DNA of 64,000 bases from the NCBI GenBank assembly GCA_965218425.1, contig OZ244621.1, forward strand, positions 1,216,001 through 1,280,000, written 5' to 3'. This document shows, piece after piece, positions 42,601 through 53,023 of the stretch. Position numbers and translations under genes: made by a program. This DNA comes from an uncultured Candidatus Binatia bacterium (GTDB lineage: Bacteria > Desulfobacterota > Binatia > UBA9968 > CAXXLF01). The notes under the pieces are model-generated. The model was given only the letters and a program-made list of their open reading frames with translations. It was not told where the DNA came from and did not search any database. Positions within the stretch are counted from its first letter, which is position 1. The number at the start of each line of letters is the position of its first letter.

Positions 42601-43318
42601 CGTCGCGATCATCGGAAAAAATCGTTTGGCGGAAGAGCTTCATCAATTATGCCGTGATAAAGGATTGACAACGGCACTCTATTCGGACGTTTCCAAGGTG
42701 CCCGCTTCCACCAGCATAGCGGTGGAGACTCTCCCCGGCGCCGAGGATGAAAAGAAAAAAGTCATCCGTCAACTCGACACCACACTGTCACCCTCAGTCG
42801 TTACGGTCACCTCCTGCTTAGGGTCATCCACCACACAAATAGCCGCTTGGACGAGGCGACCCGAAAGAGTCGTAGGCTTTGCCACATTTTCCCCCATTGA
42901 AAACAAAGGGGTGATAGAACTGGCCGGGGGAATCAGGACGGATGAGGCCGCTCTGGGTGAGGCTGAGAACTTTTTTCGTCAGCTGGGAAAGGAAACGGCA
43001 AGGGTCAAAGATGAGCCGGGACTTATCTTTCCTCGTATTCTGAGCCTCATTATTAACGAGGCCGTGAGAAGTCTCGATGAAGGCGTGGCGGTGGCGGAGG
43101 AGATCGACGTGGCCCTCCAGCTGGGCACCAACTATCCGCTGGGACCACTGCGCTGGGCTGACCAGGTTGGCCTGGACGAAGTGCTCACCGTGCTGGAAGG
43201 ATTGCAACGAGAAACCGGAGACGACCGTTATCGGCCCAGTCCGCTGCTTAGGAAAATGGTCCTTGCGGGTCACCTGGGTGAGGCTAGCGGGCAGGGGTTC
43301 TATCGGTACGGCAAATAA
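42587..43318 (+). CDS. 3-hydroxyacyl-CoA dehydrogenase C-terminal-like paralog (PaaH C-half-like)
   Basis: PGLIFPRILSLIINEA, LGTNYPLGP, DRYRPSPLL; degenerate NAD motif. Confidence 0.75.
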   Translation: MSQSNVAIIGKNRLAEELHQLCRDKGLTTALYSDVSKVPASTSIAVETLPGAEDEKKKVIRQLDTTLSPSVVTVTSCLGSSTTQIAAWTRRPERVVGFATFSPIENKGVIELAGGIRTDEAALGEAENFFRQLGKETARVKDEPGLIFPRILSLIINEAVRSLDEGVAVAEEIDVALQLGTNYPLGPLRWADQVGLDEVLTVLEGLQRETGDDRYRPSPLLRKMVLAGHLGEASGQGFYRYGK

Positions 43319-43374
43319 TCGGTAAGAGATAGTTTGTAAACTGTAAGCGCAGTCATGGATCCCTCGGAGAAGGA

Positions 43375-44583
43375 ATGATGAAAGGGGCAGTGATCGTAGA
43401 GGCCATTCGGACCCCCATGGGACGCCATGGCGGTATTCTTAAGGACATCCGCCCGGACGATATGGCGGCGGACCTCATCGATAAAATCGTGCAACGGACC
43501 GGAATCAACCGTGAGGGAATAGAAGACGTTTACATTGGATGTACTAACCAAGCCGGGGAAGATTCCCGCAATATTGCCCGAAACGCCGCTCTGCTTGCAG
43601 GTCTTCCTCACACCATACCCGGTGCCACGGTTAATCGACTGTGTGGGTCCGGCCTTGAAGCAATCAACCAGGCTGGACGAGCCATCGAAACGGAGCATGG
43701 CGAACTCTTTATTGCCGGGGGTGTAGAAAGCATGACCCGCGGTCCACTGGTCATGCCAAAAGGAGGTAGGCCCTTTCAGTCGGGTAACGTCACCGTCTAT
43801 GACAGCACATTGGGGTGGCGATTTCCCAATTCTCGACTAGGCGAACTCTACCCGCTGGTCAATAACGGGGTTACGGCAGAGAATGTGGCAGAAAGATACA
43901 AGATCAGTCGGAAAGATCAGGACGCATTCGCCTTAGAAAGCCACCACAAAGCCCTTAACGCTCACGAGAAGGGCTATCTCAAGGACGAAATCGTCCCCGT
44001 TGAGGTTCGTCAACCACGAAGCGGAACGGTTACTTATGATCGAGACGAGGGGCCCAGATCCGACACCTCTATGGAAAAACTGGCGGCTTTGAAGCCGGTC
44101 TTTAAGGAAAAGGGAACGGTAACCGCGGGAAATTCTTCTCCGTTGTCCGACGGAGCATCCATGCTCCTCATTACCACTGAAGAAAAGGCAAAATCACTAG
44201 GTCTGAAACCGTTGGCACGCATTGTCGCGTCAGCCGTCGCTGGTGTGGATCCATCTTACTTTGGCATTGGCCCGATTCCAGCCAGCCAAAAGGCCCTCAA
44301 AAGGGCCCGCCTCACTATGGATCAAATGGACTTGATCGAACTCAATGAGGCCTTTTCCTCACAATCCCTCGCCTGCATTAGGGAATTGGATATGGATCCG
44401 AAAAAGGTTAACGTCAACGGGGGCGCCATTGCCCTAGGTCATCCACTGGGTTGCAGCGGCGCCCGCATTATGACGACATTGATTCATGCCATGGGACAGC
44501 GCGGAGGCCGGTATGGCCTGGCAACCATGTGCATTGGAGTAGGCCAAGGGATTACCACCATTGTGGAAAGTATGAACTCATAG
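43375..44583 (+). CDS. paaJ: Thiolase (3-oxoadipyl-CoA thiolase PaaJ/PcaF-like)
   Basis: [35 protein letters not shown]. Confidence 0.8.
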   Translation: MMKGAVIVEAIRTPMGRHGGILKDIRPDDMAADLIDKIVQRTGINREGIEDVYIGCTNQAGEDSRNIARNAALLAGLPHTIPGATVNRLCGSGLEAINQAGRAIETEHGELFIAGGVESMTRGPLVMPKGGRPFQSGNVTVYDSTLGWRFPNSRLGELYPLVNNGVTAENVAERYKISRKDQDAFALESHHKALNAHEKGYLKDEIVPVEVRQPRSGTVTYDRDEGPRSDTSMEKLAALKPVFKEKGTVTAGNSSPLSDGASMLLITTEEKAKSLGLKPLARIVASAVAGVDPSYFGIGPIPASQKALKRARLTMDQMDLIELNEAFSSQSLACIRELDMDPKKVNVNGGAIALGHPLGCSGARIMTTLIHAMGQRGGRYGLATMCIGVGQGITTIVESMNS

Positions 44584-44606
44584 GCTCTAAGGCCTCAGGG
44601 CACAAC

Positions 44607-47279
44607 ATGATACAAAAGTCCCTCAGGGCTCTCACATTTTTTTTCTTGGCATTTGTTCTCCTTGTGGTCGTTCTCATGATGTTCCTCAACGCCCTGGTAG
44701 ACGGAAATCGAGAAAGCATTCGCGAGGAGATCCACAAAGCACTCGGCAGGTCCATCTCCTTTGATGAAGTCCGCCCCTATCCGTGGAGCGGTCTCGGGCT
44801 GATTGCCAAAAATCTCCGCATAGCAGACGACCACCGCTTTGCGGCGACCCCGCTGCTTCAGACCAAAGAGGTCAGGATGCAGGTGCGTTGGTTGCCGCTG
44901 CTGCTGGGGAATATTCAGATTAAGAAGTTTATCCTGGGTGAGCCCGAAATCCAGCTTATCAAGGACGAAAAAGGGAAATTTAATCTCTTCGCTCTGGGGA
45001 CATCCCAGAAACGCCCAAGGGACACAGGAGGACCTCCAGTTGCCAAGGAAAAAGCCCCAGTGGGATTTTCCCTATCTGGGGTGGAGGTGAAGAACGGGAA
45101 GATCCACTACGTGGACCGTTCCTCAAAGGATCCGGTGGAGATTCGATTGCACAACCTGGACTTGGATCTGAATGCCTCTGCCCTCACGCAAACCGTGAAG
45201 ATCAAACTGAAGGCCGCTTTATTGGATGGGAACACGCAAAACGTCACCATGGAGGGATGGGTGGGACCCCTGACGTCCGTAAAGGAGTGGACCGAATACC
45301 ACCTAGATCTCCAAATGGGCATCGATTCTTTGCTCGTGCCCCAATTGACAAGCGCGGTTCCATTCCTGAACGATAAGATTCCATCCTATATCGACATATC
45401 GGGCCCCCTCACCATCAGGACAAAAGTCTTGGGCACCGTCCGGCAACCCCGCATCACAGGATTGACTCTGGAGGGCGCCATATTTGGCTCCCAGACCAAC
45501 AACCTACAGATAACGGCAGATGCGGACCTGACCAACGGTCATTCGAACCATGACACGAAGTTCAAAGGAAAATTGGTCCTTGAACCGGTGACTCTAGAGC
45601 GACTGAAGAAGATCCCCTTTGTGGCAGGCTTCCTTCCCGCCTCACTCACCTCAAAAGGTCCAATTGGTATCGTCAGCAATGTTGAGGGAACTCTCCAAGA
45701 CCTCCGAGTCGACACCTTGATCAAGGCTGACGGTAGCGAGCTCGGATACGGGACATGGTTCAACAAACCAAGAGGGGTCCCGGCAAAGATGCGGCTTCGG
45801 GTTGCACGGACCAACAACCAATTATCCCTGCACCCGTCGAGCTTATCCATTCATAACATTAATCTCGACTTTGCCGGCTCCCTGGAAGAATCTCCGGAGC
45901 GGCTCTTCCGGCTCCGAGTTCGGACAGATGCAGTAGAACTAGCAGGCTGGGAGAAGCTATTGCCCCCGGTCGCTCCCTACGACCTTGCCGGAGAAGTAGG
46001 GTTCAATCTCTCCATTAAGAAGATGTTTTCTCCTCAAGGAAATGACTTGAATGTTCAGGGTTTTCTGAACCTAGGGAATCTCCGTATCAAAGATAGAAAA
46101 ACCGGGCGGCGCATGGAGAAAATCACCTCGCAGATTATCTTTAAGGGTAAGGAGGCAGAAGTAGAAAATCTACAGCTGCGTCTGGGGTCCTCGGACTTCT
46201 CCATTCAGGGTGTGCTTGATAATCTCTCGAATCCCACCTTCCGTTACCGTTTACACTCTCCCAAACTCAACATCGTGGATCTCACCGACCTTCCTGAGTA
46301 CAAATCCGACTGGATGAAAGATTTCACAAGCGAGGGAGAAGTCCAGCTAAAGAACGGCATCCCATCAGTGGAAGCTGAAATTAGTATGCGTGAAGGCATC
46401 CTACAAGAGCTAACGTACCAAAACCTCAATGGAGCAATCCTATGGCGTCCAGGTAGTTTAACAGTGAAGGACCTTATCGCCCAAGCCCTCGGGGGAGATT
46501 TCAAAGTAAATGGAACCTGGGAACAGGTGGATGGGCGGAAACCCAATTTCACTTTTACTCCTGACATCAGAGGCATGGACCTAAAGGCGTTGCTGCCCCG
46601 CGTCTCCCCTGAGTTTGGGGACGGCGTGGAGGGATCATTATACCTGGAGGCAAAGCTGGAAGGATCCGGAGACAACTGGGAAAGCGTCAAGCGCACTCTG
46701 CAAGGGCAGGGCCATGCGGAGATCATAAAGGGCAAGCTCAAGGACCTCAACTTGGTCAAGCGAGTGCTCTCCCGAGTGACGGGCCTGCCAGGTATTGGCA
46801 ACATGATATCATCGAGTTTGTCGCCACGATACGCAACGATCTTTGAGAGACAGGACACTCCCTTTGATTCATTGGAGGCCAATTTCAACGTCAAGGAGGG
46901 CCGCATTGGCACAAAGGATCTTCTCATGGCAACCCCTGACTATTTGATTGAAGCGAAGGGGTGGACTGGCCTCGATAGCTCCATGCGATGGGACGCAACA
47001 CTGGCCCTTTCACCTCTCCTGAGCCAGGAACTCATGCAGAAACATAAAAACGTCCGCTATCTCGTGGACAGTCGGGGCAGGTTGGGAGTGCCGTTTCGCC
47101 TGGCGGGGAACCTTCCCCGTGTCCAGCCTAAACCCGACATTAAACTCCTGGCGGAAATAATTAAAAGAGGTCTGTTGCAAAAAAGCGGGCAAGTTTCCAT
47201 GGGAGGTAAAAAATCGGACAACAGCGGAACGGATCAACACTGGATCAGAAGAGGCATCGAGCAACTCTTAGGGGAATAG
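44607..47279 (+). CDS. AsmA family protein
   Basis: N-terminal TM anchor, ALGRSI, LPLLLGNIQI, long beta-rich body, AsmA-like C-terminus. Confidence 0.8.
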   Translation: MIQKSLRALTFFFLAFVLLVVVLMMFLNALVDGNRESIREEIHKALGRSISFDEVRPYPWSGLGLIAKNLRIADDHRFAATPLLQTKEVRMQVRWLPLLLGNIQIKKFILGEPEIQLIKDEKGKFNLFALGTSQKRPRDTGGPPVAKEKAPVGFSLSGVEVKNGKIHYVDRSSKDPVEIRLHNLDLDLNASALTQTVKIKLKAALLDGNTQNVTMEGWVGPLTSVKEWTEYHLDLQMGIDSLLVPQLTSAVPFLNDKIPSYIDISGPLTIRTKVLGTVRQPRITGLTLEGAIFGSQTNNLQITADADLTNGHSNHDTKFKGKLVLEPVTLERLKKIPFVAGFLPASLTSKGPIGIVSNVEGTLQDLRVDTLIKADGSELGYGTWFNKPRGVPAKMRLRVARTNNQLSLHPSSLSIHNINLDFAGSLEESPERLFRLRVRTDAVELAGWEKLLPPVAPYDLAGEVGFNLSIKKMFSPQGNDLNVQGFLNLGNLRIKDRKTGRRMEKITSQIIFKGKEAEVENLQLRLGSSDFSIQGVLDNLSNPTFRYRLHSPKLNIVDLTDLPEYKSDWMKDFTSEGEVQLKNGIPSVEAEISMREGILQELTYQNLNGAILWRPGSLTVKDLIAQALGGDFKVNGTWEQVDGRKPNFTFTPDIRGMDLKALLPRVSPEFGDGVEGSLYLEAKLEGSGDNWESVKRTLQGQGHAEIIKGKLKDLNLVKRVLSRVTGLPGIGNMISSSLSPRYATIFERQDTPFDSLEANFNVKEGRIGTKDLLMATPDYLIEAKGWTGLDSSMRWDATLALSPLLSQELMQKHKNVRYLVDSRGRLGVPFRLAGNLPRVQPKPDIKLLAEIIKRGLLQKSGQVSMGGKKSDNSGTDQHWIRRGIEQLLGE

Positions 47280-47338
47280 GATCCCAAGCAACCTCCAGTT
47301 AGGAATCCCAGACTGGGAATGCCGCGTTACCGATTCCA

Positions 47339-47614
47339 ATGAATCTTCACGAAATCTTTCTCGAGATCCTCCCCAAAGACATTGCATACCTCAAATTCGT
47401 CATCGAATCCTACGAAGGGGTGGGCATCGTTCGAACTGTGGATCAGAAAATGGCTGTTGTGGACTTGCTCGTGATTGAAGACTCTATGCAAATTGCCCGT
47501 TCCATCCTGGCCTCCCTCCAGCAAGAAGTGTCCCTCACGGAGATTTTTCGTCCCCCGGACATAGGAGAGGATTGGCTCCTTCAAGAACTGGCCACGGAAG
47601 AAATTTCCACCTGA
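47339..47614 (+). CDS. DUF4911 family protein
   Basis: DIAYLKFVIESYEGVGIVRTVD. Confidence 0.75.
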   Translation: MNLHEIFLEILPKDIAYLKFVIESYEGVGIVRTVDQKMAVVDLLVIEDSMQIARSILASLQQEVSLTEIFRPPDIGEDWLLQELATEEIST

Positions 47615-49746
47615 TGGATTCGGATCCAAAGGCCATTAAACAGACAATCCTTACCTTCTTCTCATCCAAACCACGGCACCGCTTTAGCCTAAATGAGATA
47701 ACTAAAGCCCTTGGTTCATCGGACAACGGGTCTGCAAAGTTCCTATCGGCGCTGGGGGAACTGACCAAGGAGGGAGTCCTGGTACGGTTCAAAAAAAACC
47801 AATACGCCCTCCCTCGGGGCCAGAACATTGTGGTGGGGAGGGTCCAGGGTCATCCAGACGGCTTTGGATTTCTCATCCCGGAAGAAAAGGGCATGGAGGA
47901 CGTCTACCTGAACCGCCGAGAGATGCGTCGAGTGATGCATGGCGATCGTGTTACCGTCCGTGTCGAGAAAAAGAAGAGAGGCGGAACCGAGACCCATATC
48001 ATCCAAGTGCTAGAGCGTGGCCAGCGGAAGTTAGTAGGCACCTATCTGTCCCAGTACGGCAAAGGATTTATCGTACCCATGGACCCAAGGGCAGGTGGTC
48101 CCCTGGAGCTTACGGGAGCAAGCACGGCCATGGAAGAAGGCCAGGTCATCGCCGCGGAAATCGTTCGCTACGGCACCGCTCTTTCTCGCCCCGGCGCAAA
48201 GTTCGTTGAACGGTTAGGCGACCCTGATAATCCTGAAGTACAGGCTGGAGCCATCATTTTCCGCTACGGTCTTCCTTCCACCTTCGCAACTGAGTCACAA
48301 AAACAGGCGGACCTATGCCCGTCTACAATAGACTTCCATGTGATCGCCTCGCGTACCGACCTACGCTGGCTGCCCACGGTAACCATTGACGGGGAACAGG
48401 CGCGTGATTTCGACGACTCGGTAAGCGTCCAAAGGAAAAACGACCACTATCAGCTCTATGTTTCCATTGCCGATGTGGCCCATTATGTAAAGCCTGAAAC
48501 CCCTATGGATCAAGAGGCCTATGAAAGAGGGACCAGCGTTTACTTTCCCGACCGGGCTATCCCTATGCTGCCCGAAACGCTCTCCAATGGAATTTGCAGC
48601 CTCAATCCGGATGTGGACCGCCTCACCAAAACGGCGCTGCTAGAAATCAACTCGAAGGGTGAGGTAGTACAAGCCGACTTCTTCTCTGCGGTCATTCGCA
48701 GTCGCAAACGCCTCACTTACACACAAGTAGCACGGGTCCTGGTGGACAAGGATCCGGAAGAAAGAGAACATTGCAAGGAACTACTGGAGCAGTTGCACCT
48801 CATGGAGGAACTGGCACTGATCCTCCTGGAGAGTCGGACGGCGCGTGGAAATCTAGACTTCGACCTCCCTGAAGCCGAGATCGTCCTGGACCTTCAGGGC
48901 ATGCCAGAAAACATCGTGCGTGCGGAACGCAACATTGCGCACAGAATCATCGAGGAGTTCATGATCGCTGCCAATGAAACCGTGGCGCGCCATCTGACGC
49001 AAAAAGATTTTCCCCTTCTCTATCGAGTACACGAAGAGCCGGAGCAAGGTGTCCTTGAGGCACTGGACCCTTTTCTCTTGAGTCTAGGATACCGCCTCCC
49101 TCTAAAACGTGAAAAACCCACACCCAAGGACCTGCAAAAGCTTTTGGAATTGTGCCGCGGGAAACCCGAAGAACGGGTATTGAACCGGGTTGTACTGAGA
49201 TCCATGAAACAGGCTTGTTACGCGCCTGAAAATACCGGTCATTTCGGCCTCGCCTCCAGTTGTTACACCCACTTCACATCACCCATTCGTCGCTACCCCG
49301 ACCTCCTCGTGCACCGCGCCCTAGAGGAAACCATGGCAGGGAAGAAATTAAGCTCAAGGGAAAAGGACGACCTGCTGCGAAACCTCGTAGAGTTAGGAAG
49401 ACACACCTCCGAACGTGAGCGCATCGCCATGGACGCGGAACGGGAGATGGTGGGCCTCAAAAAGGCGCAGTTCATGATGGACAAAACGGGGGAGAAATTT
49501 ACCGGATTCATCAATGATCTCGCCCCCTTCGGTTTTTTTGTGGAGCTGGAAATCTATTTTGTGGAAGGTCTGGTCCACTTGAACTCCCTCCTCGACGACT
49601 CCTACCACTACTACGAACGCGAGTACATCATCAAAGGCCGCAGACACGGTCGCACCTTTCGGCTTGGAGATGCCGTTCACGTCAAGCTAACGCGCATCAA
49701 CGCCTTTCGCGGTGAGCTCACTTTCGAATTGGTTCATGATCTATAA
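47614..49746 (+). CDS. rnr: Ribonuclease R
   Basis: GHPDGFGF, TIDGEQARDFDD, YTHFTSPIRRYPDLLVHR, C-terminal S1 domain; TGATG coupling to the upstream gene. Confidence 0.95.
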   Translation: MDSDPKAIKQTILTFFSSKPRHRFSLNEITKALGSSDNGSAKFLSALGELTKEGVLVRFKKNQYALPRGQNIVVGRVQGHPDGFGFLIPEEKGMEDVYLNRREMRRVMHGDRVTVRVEKKKRGGTETHIIQVLERGQRKLVGTYLSQYGKGFIVPMDPRAGGPLELTGASTAMEEGQVIAAEIVRYGTALSRPGAKFVERLGDPDNPEVQAGAIIFRYGLPSTFATESQKQADLCPSTIDFHVIASRTDLRWLPTVTIDGEQARDFDDSVSVQRKNDHYQLYVSIADVAHYVKPETPMDQEAYERGTSVYFPDRAIPMLPETLSNGICSLNPDVDRLTKTALLEINSKGEVVQADFFSAVIRSRKRLTYTQVARVLVDKDPEEREHCKELLEQLHLMEELALILLESRTARGNLDFDLPEAEIVLDLQGMPENIVRAERNIAHRIIEEFMIAANETVARHLTQKDFPLLYRVHEEPEQGVLEALDPFLLSLGYRLPLKREKPTPKDLQKLLELCRGKPEERVLNRVVLRSMKQACYAPENTGHFGLASSCYTHFTSPIRRYPDLLVHRALEETMAGKKLSSREKDDLLRNLVELGRHTSERERIAMDAEREMVGLKKAQFMMDKTGEKFTGFINDLAPFGFFVELEIYFVEGLVHLNSLLDDSYHYYEREYIIKGRRHGRTFRLGDAVHVKLTRINAFRGELTFELVHDL

Positions 49747-49921
49747 AAATTCTGCCGTACCGTGAAAGCTACACAGGATTAAGCAGAAGGTGAATTTAAT
49801 TCACGGAGGCTATCACTGCTTTCCCGAAAACGGTCCAAGAAAAGATCAATGAGAAAATAACGACAGGAAGATTACCGAAAGCACATCGATGGGAGCGGCC
49901 TCCCACCCACCGCGAAGCGAT

Positions 49922-50344
49922 CTAGTCCAACAACGCAATAGTCCAGCCTCGCACGGGAGTTGTTTGACCGGTCTGAAATTCAACGACTGCAAAGTCCTCT
50001 ATTTCAGAGGACATGGGCTTATGCTTAACCATGACAAAGTCAAAACTGCCTATATCCTGAAGCCTGACCTCGGACAAGACAAGGATATCGTTTACCGACT
50101 GAAAGTGGTACCGGGCGATGTCCGTAAAAATAGCGTGGCTGTCCAGGAACCTCCGTGGACAAAGCGCCACTTCTTCGCCGTTGACATGCGCCGAACAGAC
50201 TCCAAAGGGATAATCAATAAGCCTGCTTTGCTTATAACAGACCTTCTCAACGAATGGGCACGAATGATTTCGTCTTGCCTCTTCAGCCTTGCTAGTCGTG
50301 TTCGAGAATGGAAAACCAAAGATCTCGGACGGATATTTTGCCAT
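49922..50344 (-). pseudogene. Truncated NotI-like restriction endonuclease
   Basis: Cys cluster CPF...C...GVCS...LCPRRF and FDFV...VEFQT nuclease motif, then an abrupt end. Confidence 0.7.
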
Positions 50345-50347
50345 CTC

Positions 50348-51841
50348 TCAATTGCCTAATGCACTTCGCCAGAGTCGGTCTATTTCGGAATCGATGTTCT
50401 CACTATCCAGGCAGCAGCCTAATAATTGGGCGCAATCGCGACAAAAGCTAAAACTGTCGTTACAATTAATTGTCGGTTGTTGTCCGCAAATTGTTCCACC
50501 GATGAGCATTCAGAGCCACCGTCGACTTCACCAAGCACAGCGATCTTACGCCACCCCGCCGAGGTTGGCTTACGTTCAATCGGAGCAACTGCCCAATTCC
50601 CTGCATCTCGTATTCGGTCGTCAAATAGACGTCGGAGTGTCCCTGAGGTCTTCTGCGAAAATATGGGATTATTCTCCAAGGAAGTGTAAGGAAACGAGTA
50701 AGCATGATGCGAAAAGACATGGCGAATTGCCCCCGGTCTTCTCTTTTCCGACCCTTTATACCCGCATAGGAGCGAGTTAAATTCCAGCGACGTAGAAACG
50801 AGCAAGCCCAACCATAATCGATGTCTGGGATCTACCGAATCGAGCAATGTTTTGACAGCACTGACGTACAGCAACTGCCTTGGCGTGAACAGATCCAAGT
50901 AATTTGTGATGTTTTTCCCCAGTAAATCAGATGACTTGGGCCCGCCAAAAATTCTAAGAGATTCTTTGTCTGGTAGACGAGTCCGGGTGCATGTCTTCTT
51001 GGCCTTCGCAATTAAGTCGAGATCGCGTTTATCGACCGCCTTAAAAAAATTGGCCATCAGTTGGACAGAAGCCTGCGTTGATGAGTGGTACGTAGCGCTC
51101 AGGAAAAGATAACTCTGTCATGTTCCCCAGGGATTTCCCGCAAATCTGACAGCCAGTCTCGCCTTTCTCCAAGAGGGTCCATTGATGTCGCCCATGTTTC
51201 ACTTGCCCCGATGGATAATAATCCTCGATTCGCTTGTTGTCCCCATTTGGCTCTTCTCTCAGAAGACTCGAATCGAGGACCAATGCTTCACCACAGCTAC
51301 AAGATTTTCGCACGCCATAAAGAACAAACTGGAGTTCAGACGCTTGACGGCACGTTACGCATTGTGTTTGGAAATACGGGCGGAGCTTCTTTTCAAGTTC
51401 TCCTAAAAAACGTAGAAAAACTGGTTCCTTCTCTTCAATTGGAATCTGCAGTAATGACGCACGAACTTGCAACACGGGCACAGGGTCAAGGTCATACCCG
51501 ATTACACTTGCCCCAAGACGGATAGCTTCGTGAACAGTTGTACCACCCCCCATCATCGGATCGAGGACGGTAATACCCTCCAATCCCCCAGGAGCATAGT
51601 AATCCCGAAGTTTCTCATCCGGGACTAGCTGTTTTAGGATGTAGCGAAATATAGTTCCTGACCTTCGCGCCCACCATTTGTGGAGGTAAGTATTCGGTCG
51701 GAAGAGGTTCTTATTGAACGACTCCAAATGAGCTAGGCCATTTGCATCTTTTTCAGGAAATGACTCATTGATTGGAGCAGAAGCCAGCGGCTTTTGTTGC
51801 TTTCGCTCGTAAAACTGGATTTCAACCTGTTGCCGTGCCAT
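50348..51841 (-). pseudogene. DUF1156/COG1743-like Zn-ribbon adenine DNA methyltransferase, inactivated
   Basis: LHKWWARR, VLDPMMGGGT, CxxC pairs, LFTPRQL; frameshift in T7 near 51045; DPPY-type catalytic region absent; C-terminal remnant in another frame. Confidence 0.75.
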
Positions 51842-51847
51842 GCCGGT

Positions 51848-51876
51848 AAACTACCTGCGCGAATGGGTGCTTGCAA
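51848..51876 (-). promoter_or_regulatory. Putative leaderless sigma70 promoter of the methyltransferase
   Basis: TTGCAA-17 bp-TAGTTT-6 nt-ATG; no SD. Confidence 0.5.
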
Positions 51877-51923
51877 GCTAAAAAACGACCTCAGTTTCCC
51901 TCAGAGAAAAATCCGCGTTTGGT

Positions 51924-52406
51924 CTATAACGGCTCCTCCCGAACGGCCTGGAAGACTTTTTCCGCAACCTCGCTGTACTCCGTCTTCTCAGGACGGACAA
52001 ATGTCAGTCCGCTGGTGATGGGAGACCCTGGCTCCTGGTCTTCCAGAAGCTGAGCCACCTCCACCCGAAAGAGTGACATGAAGGGGACCGACCCGAGGGA
52101 TTCTTGAATCTCCTGTGCCATTCCCTTGATGTAGTAATTGATCCCGGCGTCGGTAACTAAAAGCGTGATTTTCCCCGCCCGCCTCAAGTTCTTGCCCGTG
52201 GTGCTGGTCTTTCCCACCGCTATATGGATTTGCTTCTCGCTCTTGGCCACGATCTCGCAATAGGACAGCACGGCGGGATGGCACCATCCCTGCTCGTCCA
52301 CGGTAACAATGATAATGGCCTTCCCTTCCTTCGACCCAATATCGTTACCACTGAGTCGACCCAGCAACTCCTCGTTAATAACCTTACCCAAAAGCTTGGA
52401 CATCAT
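51924..52406 (-). CDS. Pyridoxamine-phosphate-oxidase-like split-barrel flavoprotein (possible prFMN maturase type)
   Basis: VTVDEQGWCHPAVLS, STTGKNLRRAGKITL; context downstream of ubiX. Confidence 0.65.
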   Translation of the reverse strand: MMSKLLGKVINEELLGRLSGNDIGSKEGKAIIIVTVDEQGWCHPAVLSYCEIVAKSEKQIHIAVGKTSTTGKNLRRAGKITLLVTDAGINYYIKGMAQEIQESLGSVPFMSLFRVEVAQLLEDQEPGSPITSGLTFVRPEKTEYSEVAEKVFQAVREEPL

Positions 52407-52467
52407 TTCCCCCCTAAGGGATTATCATCTCATTGCCGTAAAGATCTCCGATCCGATTGACGAATCA

Positions 52468-52941
52468 CTATTGACCGATGACCCATTCCTGCCTCTTACC
52501 GAATCCCTGTTCGTTGTCGATATAAAATACACGAGTCGGCTTGACGCAGTAGAATTTCACCTTGAGAAAGGCTCGATTGAGGATACCACTGCTGGGATCA
52601 CTGAATATCTTAATAATCCCAGGGTACTTACGTGCATAGACCGCCATGGCCTTTGCCTTTGAAATGACCGCTCCAACCTCCACCACCTCGCCTTCCATCT
52701 GAATGCCTTTGATCTTGCGCCAATCGCTGTAATCTTCCTGAATCGTTACCGCGACTTTCGAATTATCCTGCAAATTCTGACAGTGGCGTGATTGAGGATC
52801 AGAAAAGAAATAGAGATCCAACCCATCGCTTGCATAAAACACGGTGGCTGCCCAAGGGATATTTTCCCCGCAGGTGCCCAAGGTCATGGTGTTATGGCCT
52901 TCCACGTAACTCAGGATCCGTCGCTTTAAATCTTCAGCCAT
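52468..52941 (-). CDS. Pyridoxamine 5'-phosphate oxidase family (YhbP-like) protein
   Basis: TMTLGT, PWAATVFYA, SRHCQNL, IKGIQMEG, DNEQGFGKR. Confidence 0.8.
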   Translation of the reverse strand: MAEDLKRRILSYVEGHNTMTLGTCGENIPWAATVFYASDGLDLYFFSDPQSRHCQNLQDNSKVAVTIQEDYSDWRKIKGIQMEGEVVEVGAVISKAKAMAVYARKYPGIIKIFSDPSSGILNRAFLKVKFYCVKPTRVFYIDNEQGFGKRQEWVIGQ

Positions 52942-52946
52942 AGAAC

Positions 52947-53018
52947 CAGCTATGAGCTATCAGTCGTCAGCTTTCAGCTTCGATCCCCCGCCACCCATAG
53001 CTGACGGCTGAGCGCTGA
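52947..53018. repeat. Inverted pair of 7-bp tandem arrays (hairpin)
   Basis: cagctat gagctat cagtcgt cagcttt cagcttc ... tagctga cggctga gcgctga. Confidence 0.7.
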
Positions 53019-53023
53019 TCGCA

